Virus record (IMG/VR): IMGVR_UViG_3300009130_000011
Span: 1 to 64,000 of that record
Direction: 5' to 3' (one strand)
From: a virus
Length of the DNA stretch: 64,000 nucleotides
In this document: piece by piece, positions 59,748-64,000 of the stretch
Layout: every line of letters starts with the position of its first letter
Position numbering within the stretch: position 1 is the stretch's first letter
Notes under the pieces: model-generated
What the model was told of the DNA's origin: nothing
What the model saw: only the letters and a program-made list of their open reading frames with translations
The model's database searches: none
Made by a program: the position numbers and the translations under genes

Positions 59748-59823
59748 TGGAGCCACCTGTCAGGATCGAACTGACGACATCCTCATTACAAGTGAGGTGC
59801 TCTACCATCTGAGCTAAGGTGGC
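59748..59823 (-). tRNA. tRNA-Thr(TGT)
   Basis: GCCACCT...CCTCA-CTTGTAA-TGAGG...GTCAGTTCGATCCTGAC AGGTGGC TCCA. Confidence 0.95.
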
Positions 59824-59829
59824 AATATA

Positions 59830-60075
59830 TTAATCCAAAACTTGCTGGACATCTTCTAGAACCCATTTATCTGCATAGGGATCTTTTCTTTCCACGCTAA
59901 TGGTTTGGCTAATGAAATTCTTTCTTTCCATCATTGCAAAATGAAATTCTAAGGCTTGCTCGGCATTTATTGCTTGAAAATAATGAAACGAATCATTCGC
60001 TTCATGACCTGCACCTGCGTTATATTTGACGCGAAAGGTGTAGAGCTTTGGTTGTTCATATTTCTTTTTTTTCAC
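59830..60075 (-). CDS. hypothetical protein
   Basis: 81 aa. Confidence 0.6.
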   Translation of the reverse strand: MKKKKYEQPKLYTFRVKYNAGAGHEANDSFHYFQAINAEQALEFHFAMMERKNFISQTISVERKDPYADKWVLEDVQQVLD

Positions 60076-60106
60076 ACTATATTATAAAATTTTTAAGAGA
60101 AAATTT

Positions 60107-60292
60107 CTAAGTAAATGACTCGTCTTTATGCCCTTTATTAGGGCAAGTTGCATCATGAAACCAAACTGAAGCCACACTAGCTTTTGTGGAATTAAACGGA
60201 AGAATCACCCAATAAAGCATTTCTGAGACAGGATGCCCGATGACATTATGAATAAACCAATTTCTGAATATCTTGTTTGTTATAGTTTTCAT
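60107..60292 (-). CDS. hypothetical protein
   Basis: WFIHNVIGHP...WFHD. Confidence 0.55.
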   Translation of the reverse strand: MKTITNKIFRNWFIHNVIGHPVSEMLYWVILPFNSTKASVASVWFHDATCPNKGHKDESFT

Positions 60293-60911
60293 GTTTGTTT
60301 AATAATTTAATTATATTTACTAAAGCTTTGTCTGCAATTTCGTCTTTTTGTTGGCGATTGCAATTTGGAAAAGCGCAATTATATATTAAAATATTTTTTG
60401 AATTGTAAGTTTTACTAAGCTTAAAGCAGAGAGAGCATAGCAAAATTAATACGATCTTAAATTTTAATTTAGGGTGTTTTATTTTCAGGTAAGCACTTAA
60501 CTCTTCGCATTCATGTATATCATTTTTTATCGACCAATCATGTTTTGTCGCATATTCTGCATTATGATGAGATTCTAGATGACCCCGTTTAAGGAAAATT
60601 AATTGATCATCTTTCAGTTCAAGCAATTCCATAAAACGGACAATTCTTCTTTTCATGGCTTGTTCGTCCTTAGGAAACGTATTATGAGGAAAAATTAATT
60701 TAGACTCTAAATTCATCGGATGCTCATCTCCGTGTGAATTTATAAATTTATCTTGAGGTAAAAAATTTTTAAAATTATTTTTAATTATGTTTGAAACTCC
60801 TCCGTGTGGTATTACCCAGTCGAAGGGCAAAGAAAAATTCCTTAAGTTTAAATCTCGAAGTTTTTCAGCTATTTGACATCCATAGCCCAAAGAAATGTAG
60901 ATATTTTGCAT
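60246..60911 (-). CDS. DUF1796-type papain-like cysteine peptidase
   Basis: ISLGYGC...LR..SLPFDW...FPH...RRIVRF. Confidence 0.7.
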   Translation of the reverse strand: MQNIYISLGYGCQIAEKLRDLNLRNFSLPFDWVIPHGGVSNIIKNNFKNFLPQDKFINSHGDEHPMNLESKLIFPHNTFPKDEQAMKRRIVRFMELLELKDDQLIFLKRGHLESHHNAEYATKHDWSIKNDIHECEELSAYLKIKHPKLKFKIVLILLCSLCFKLSKTYNSKNILIYNCAFPNCNRQQKDEIADKALVNIIKLLNKHENYNKQDIQKLVYS

Positions 60912-60913
60912 AC

Positions 60914-61705
60914 TTATATTGAGTAGGGAAACCCCTGATAGTTAATAACTCTCCTATTTGGGTCGTTAGGTTTATCTAATTTTGTTGGAAATGTTGATTT
61001 ATTAAGATTCGGCTCGCCTTTTATGTCTGCCTTCCTTATGTATGTCATTTCAAAACACTCGGCAACTCTTGTGGAAACTTCATCATTAACATGATAGCAA
61101 ACAGAACCACAATTATTGGGGTTAAAATGAATTGCCCAATGGCTTGAAGATAATCTTTCTAAGCACCTCCATTTGTATCGCTCATATGGCTCATGGAACT
61201 CAATGGCGATTTGCTTGAATTTAGATAGCTGGTCATCATCAAGGCTATTTAGCCAAATATATTCGTCTCCTTCTATGTCCATCTTTAAAAAAATGTCATC
61301 ATAGTCTTTCAACAAGTTAGATAAATTATCTTCTTTTTTAGAGTTTTTATCTGAGATATTCTTGCTGTAGAATTTTATTCTTCTATCTTTTGTAGGCATC
61401 TTCTCTATAGAGCCATCAAAAGCGTAAGCTGGAACATCATTGAGAGATAGAAAATCTTGCTCAAAAGAGTCATCGTCATTGACTCCTGCACTAATTAAGC
61501 AATCGTAAGTCAAACCCTCTGCAATTACATAGCCTCCATCTCCATCTCTGCCAACACGAATTTTATTGAAAGGTGATTCATGTATTAAAATAGAAGCTAA
61601 TGGAAAATCTTTATTAATGAACTTAAACTTGTCTAGCCTAACAATATCTGCCACATCTATACCCATTTGTTGAGCAAAAGATAGATAATAACTTGGTAGA
61701 TTCAT
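60914..61705 (-). CDS. FkbM/Methyltransf_22-like methyltransferase
   Basis: RVGRDGDGGY, SAGV..DDSFE, FLKMDIEGDE, QIAIEFH, H.NN. Confidence 0.75.
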   Translation of the reverse strand: MNLPSYYLSFAQQMGIDVADIVRLDKFKFINKDFPLASILIHESPFNKIRVGRDGDGGYVIAEGLTYDCLISAGVNDDDSFEQDFLSLNDVPAYAFDGSIEKMPTKDRRIKFYSKNISDKNSKKEDNLSNLLKDYDDIFLKMDIEGDEYIWLNSLDDDQLSKFKQIAIEFHEPYERYKWRCLERLSSSHWAIHFNPNNCGSVCYHVNDEVSTRVAECFEMTYIRKADIKGEPNLNKSTFPTKLDKPNDPNRRVINYQGFPYSI

Positions 61706-61707
61706 AT

Positions 61708-62268
61708 TTATTTAAATATATTAAAAAATTCTTTTGGATGAATTAATTCTGAATAAGGAAGGTTATACATGTCAACTTTTGTGGTAAAGTCATTGCTATT
61801 GTCCACATCTCCTTTCTTCCATAGTTTAGCTTTTTTAAAATACTCGTCTCTTTCCATGAAGCCACAAAACCATACGCTTAATGGGTTGTAATACTGCCTA
61901 GGATGTTCTTTTGTTGAGCGTTGAAAGGTTATACTTAAAAATAAGTAATAATTAGGTTGTTGGTGCTTGCTTGTGTCTGCTATAGAAGCATCGTAATAAG
62001 ACTTAGGATTGGCAGTCCTGCGCTTAGTCTTTACTTCAAGATCAATCTCTGTAGAGCCTTTGTATTTTATTAAATCTCTGTCATATTTGGATCTACCAAG
62101 TTCGCAACTAACATTATTTGCCTTAATATGTTTTGCAATTGAAAACTCCCCTAAATATCCAGCCCTATTACCCCCACCTTTAGTTATTGAATTATTTATT
62201 TCTCCAAGTTCTTCAGCCTTTTTTTTGGCTTCTGCGATCATTGCGTGAGTAAATGGTATTTCAATCAT
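61708..62268 (-). CDS. hypothetical protein, PD-(D/E)xK nuclease-like
   Basis: GYLGE...YDRD...EVKTK. Confidence 0.5.
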   Translation of the reverse strand: MIEIPFTHAMIAEAKKKAEELGEINNSITKGGGNRAGYLGEFSIAKHIKANNVSCELGRSKYDRDLIKYKGSTEIDLEVKTKRRTANPKSYYDASIADTSKHQQPNYYLFLSITFQRSTKEHPRQYYNPLSVWFCGFMERDEYFKKAKLWKKGDVDNSNDFTTKVDMYNLPYSELIHPKEFFNIFK

Positions 62269-63146
62269 AAATCTTTATGCCATGTCTGTAGGCTTTGGTG
62301 AATGAAGAAAGTATTCGGATGGTCTTCTGCTTTAACAGTAAAGGGTAGAAATCTTGACCAAGCTGCAGAAGCTGGGTTGTCATTATCAACTTTACTTAGA
62401 TTTTTTGGATGAAAACTATCATAAACCACCCAAGGGTTTTCTTTGTCAATACTTGGAACTCTAGGCAGATTAACGCAGAACCAAGGAAATACATTAACTC
62501 CGTTTCCTGTTGCTAAATTTTCTGTTGCGTTTTTATACTTTATGTACGCTTCTCTTAGAAATCTTGGGCCAGTACTCCTTAATACGTTTTGGGTTTTAGG
62601 GTTCACATGAGGATTTGCTTTTAATTTTTTTTCTTGCTGAAATTGATAAGCTTGCAAACAAAAATGAACGAAAGGCCAAAACGGATCGCCTTTTGAAGAA
62701 ACCATAATCCCGTTAAAAATTGTTTTTTGCAGGAAGAAAGCATTAGGGTATTCTTCAAAAAGAAATACTGATTTAGCACCTGCCCCAGATCTGTCGAGCG
62801 GCTGAATGACCCCTTTGTCTAGAAAATTAATCATTCTAGCAATGGGCTGAACTGCCTCCATGTCTAAGTCTAAATAAATGCCTCCATAGCGGTGCAAATA
62901 AAAATATCTGCAAGCATCAGCTTTTTGCACTGGCCATTTATAAGAATCATATGTGGGGAGAAACCAATTATAATGATCTTTAATTAAATTGTAATTATCT
63001 TCGTCGGACCAAAACTTATATTCAAAATTAGGATTAATTTTTAACAAGCGTTCGCGGTAAAGGCTTTCTTCTTTAGTTATTGAGTCTTCATCCTTCTGAC
63101 TCTGGTGAATAATTTTTGGAATCATCTTATCTTTTTCTCGGGCCAA
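62265..63146 (-). CDS. GT32 (DXD, Och1-like) glycosyltransferase
   Basis: [31 protein letters not shown]. Confidence 0.85.
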   Translation of the reverse strand: MAREKDKMIPKIIHQSQKDEDSITKEESLYRERLLKINPNFEYKFWSDEDNYNLIKDHYNWFLPTYDSYKWPVQKADACRYFYLHRYGGIYLDLDMEAVQPIARMINFLDKGVIQPLDRSGAGAKSVFLFEEYPNAFFLQKTIFNGIMVSSKGDPFWPFVHFCLQAYQFQQEKKLKANPHVNPKTQNVLRSTGPRFLREAYIKYKNATENLATGNGVNVFPWFCVNLPRVPSIDKENPWVVYDSFHPKNLSKVDNDNPASAAWSRFLPFTVKAEDHPNTFFIHQSLQTWHKDL

Positions 63147-63411
63147 AACTTCTTTTTGGAGATTGTTTGTTTGAGACGGGGTTTCTGAGTCGATATATGA
63201 TTCTGGCTTTGTCCAGATCTAAGGGGCTCATCTCCATCTTAACAAGATCGCCAACAGTAATCTTAATAAAATGTTTTCTAAGTTTTCCAGATATGTGAGC
63301 TAAGACCTCATGACCATTTGAAAGCTCTGCGCGGAACATGGTGCTCGGTAGAACTGCAGTTATTTTTCCCTCAACCTCCACCATCCCTTGACTTTTTTTA
63401 TTCGGACTCAT
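63127..63411 (-). CDS. infA: translation initiation factor IF-1
   Basis: [57 protein letters not shown]. Confidence 0.93.
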   Translation of the reverse strand: MSPNKKSQGMVEVEGKITAVLPSTMFRAELSNGHEVLAHISGKLRKHFIKITVGDLVKMEMSPLDLDKARIIYRLRNPVSNKQSPKRSFGPRKR

Positions 63412-63928
63412 TGTATTTATTTAAAATTTTTTTAGCTTTATGAATGGTTCTTCGTCGATAGCTGTATATATTGCGCATTGAATACCCTGTTTCGTGAGAC
63501 ATTTGTTTTGGACTCTTGCCTTCCAGCATTTTATCAAACATAATTAAAGACTTTGAAGAAAGATTTGACCTAATTACTTCTATCAAGCGCATTCTCTCCA
63601 TTTTTATTTCATGCAAAATTTTCTCTTCAAGTTTTTCATCCGCCAAGAATTCATATAGAGGCTCTGCTCCATACGAAACTCTTTTCAATTCTCTAGCCCT
63701 CTTTTTTTTAAAAGCCATGAGAGTGAAACGAGCTACAGAAAAAGCCCAAGGCAAAAAGTCTCTAGAATCGTCAAAGTTATCCCGTTTTTTGATGAGAGTC
63801 AAATTAGTCTCTTGTAAGATGTCATTAACTTCGTCAGCATAATAATGCATTGAAGATAGAAAGCTTTTTAGCTTAGTCTGGCTGTCAGACATATTTTTGA
63901 AATAAGCGTCTTTAACTAACTTGGACAT
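63398..63928 (-). CDS. ECF-type sigma70 factor (Rhodopirellula/Verrucomicrobium-like)
   Basis: [16 protein letters not shown]...[12 protein letters not shown]; region 4 [12 protein letters not shown]. Confidence 0.75.
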   Translation of the reverse strand: MSKLVKDAYFKNMSDSQTKLKSFLSSMHYYADEVNDILQETNLTLIKKRDNFDDSRDFLPWAFSVARFTLMAFKKKRARELKRVSYGAEPLYEFLADEKLEEKILHEIKMERMRLIEVIRSNLSSKSLIMFDKMLEGKSPKQMSHETGYSMRNIYSYRRRTIHKAKKILNKYNESE

Positions 63929-64000
63929 AAATTAATGGATGCAAGCTCCTCCTTTTTTTAGAAAAGCCATAAAATCCGATAAAAAAGTTTTGTTACCGCT

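Noticed and set aside
1-64000. Stop-codon reassignment
   Set aside because: Core genes are full length in the standard code, and TAA, TAG and TGA all end genes.

Overview
A 64-kb segment of a large tailed dsDNA bacteriophage in the standard genetic code. The host is probably Verrucomicrobiota/PVC, inferred from the IF-1 and the ECF sigma factor type. 1-14.4 kb (mostly minus strand) is a late module: major capsid, decoration protein, protease/scaffold, portal, large terminase, ERCC4 nuclease, phage sigma factor, three putative lysis membrane proteins, a GT29-methyltransferase fusion and PhoH. A GTGTATA motif precedes five of these genes. At about 14.8 kb the sequence switches abruptly to an early/accessory region of very short genes, most with their own sigma70 promoter and a leaderless ATG. 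These run on + to about 20.15 kb and on - from about 20.3 kb, so the two blocks converge. The most striking feature is a dispersed family of 14 palindromic 67-bp elements (15.5-29.4 kb) with an invariant 25-17-25 architecture. Each 25-bp arm reads as two back-to-back IHF-consensus sites. The first five copies carry a sigma54-type -24/-12 motif exactly 28 bp away, in alternating orientation. The same region holds three 7-codon micro-ORFs each followed by a covarying pseudoknot, a tRNA-like RNA with a 44-nt anticodon-loop insertion, and other structured non-coding segments. Further right lie rIIA/rIIB, SprT, UvsE, DNA ligase, RuvB, a macrodomain, tRNA-Leu, tRNA-Thr, glycan-modifying enzymes, IF-1 and an ECF sigma factor. 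All family calls come from motif recognition by eye; no database searches were run.
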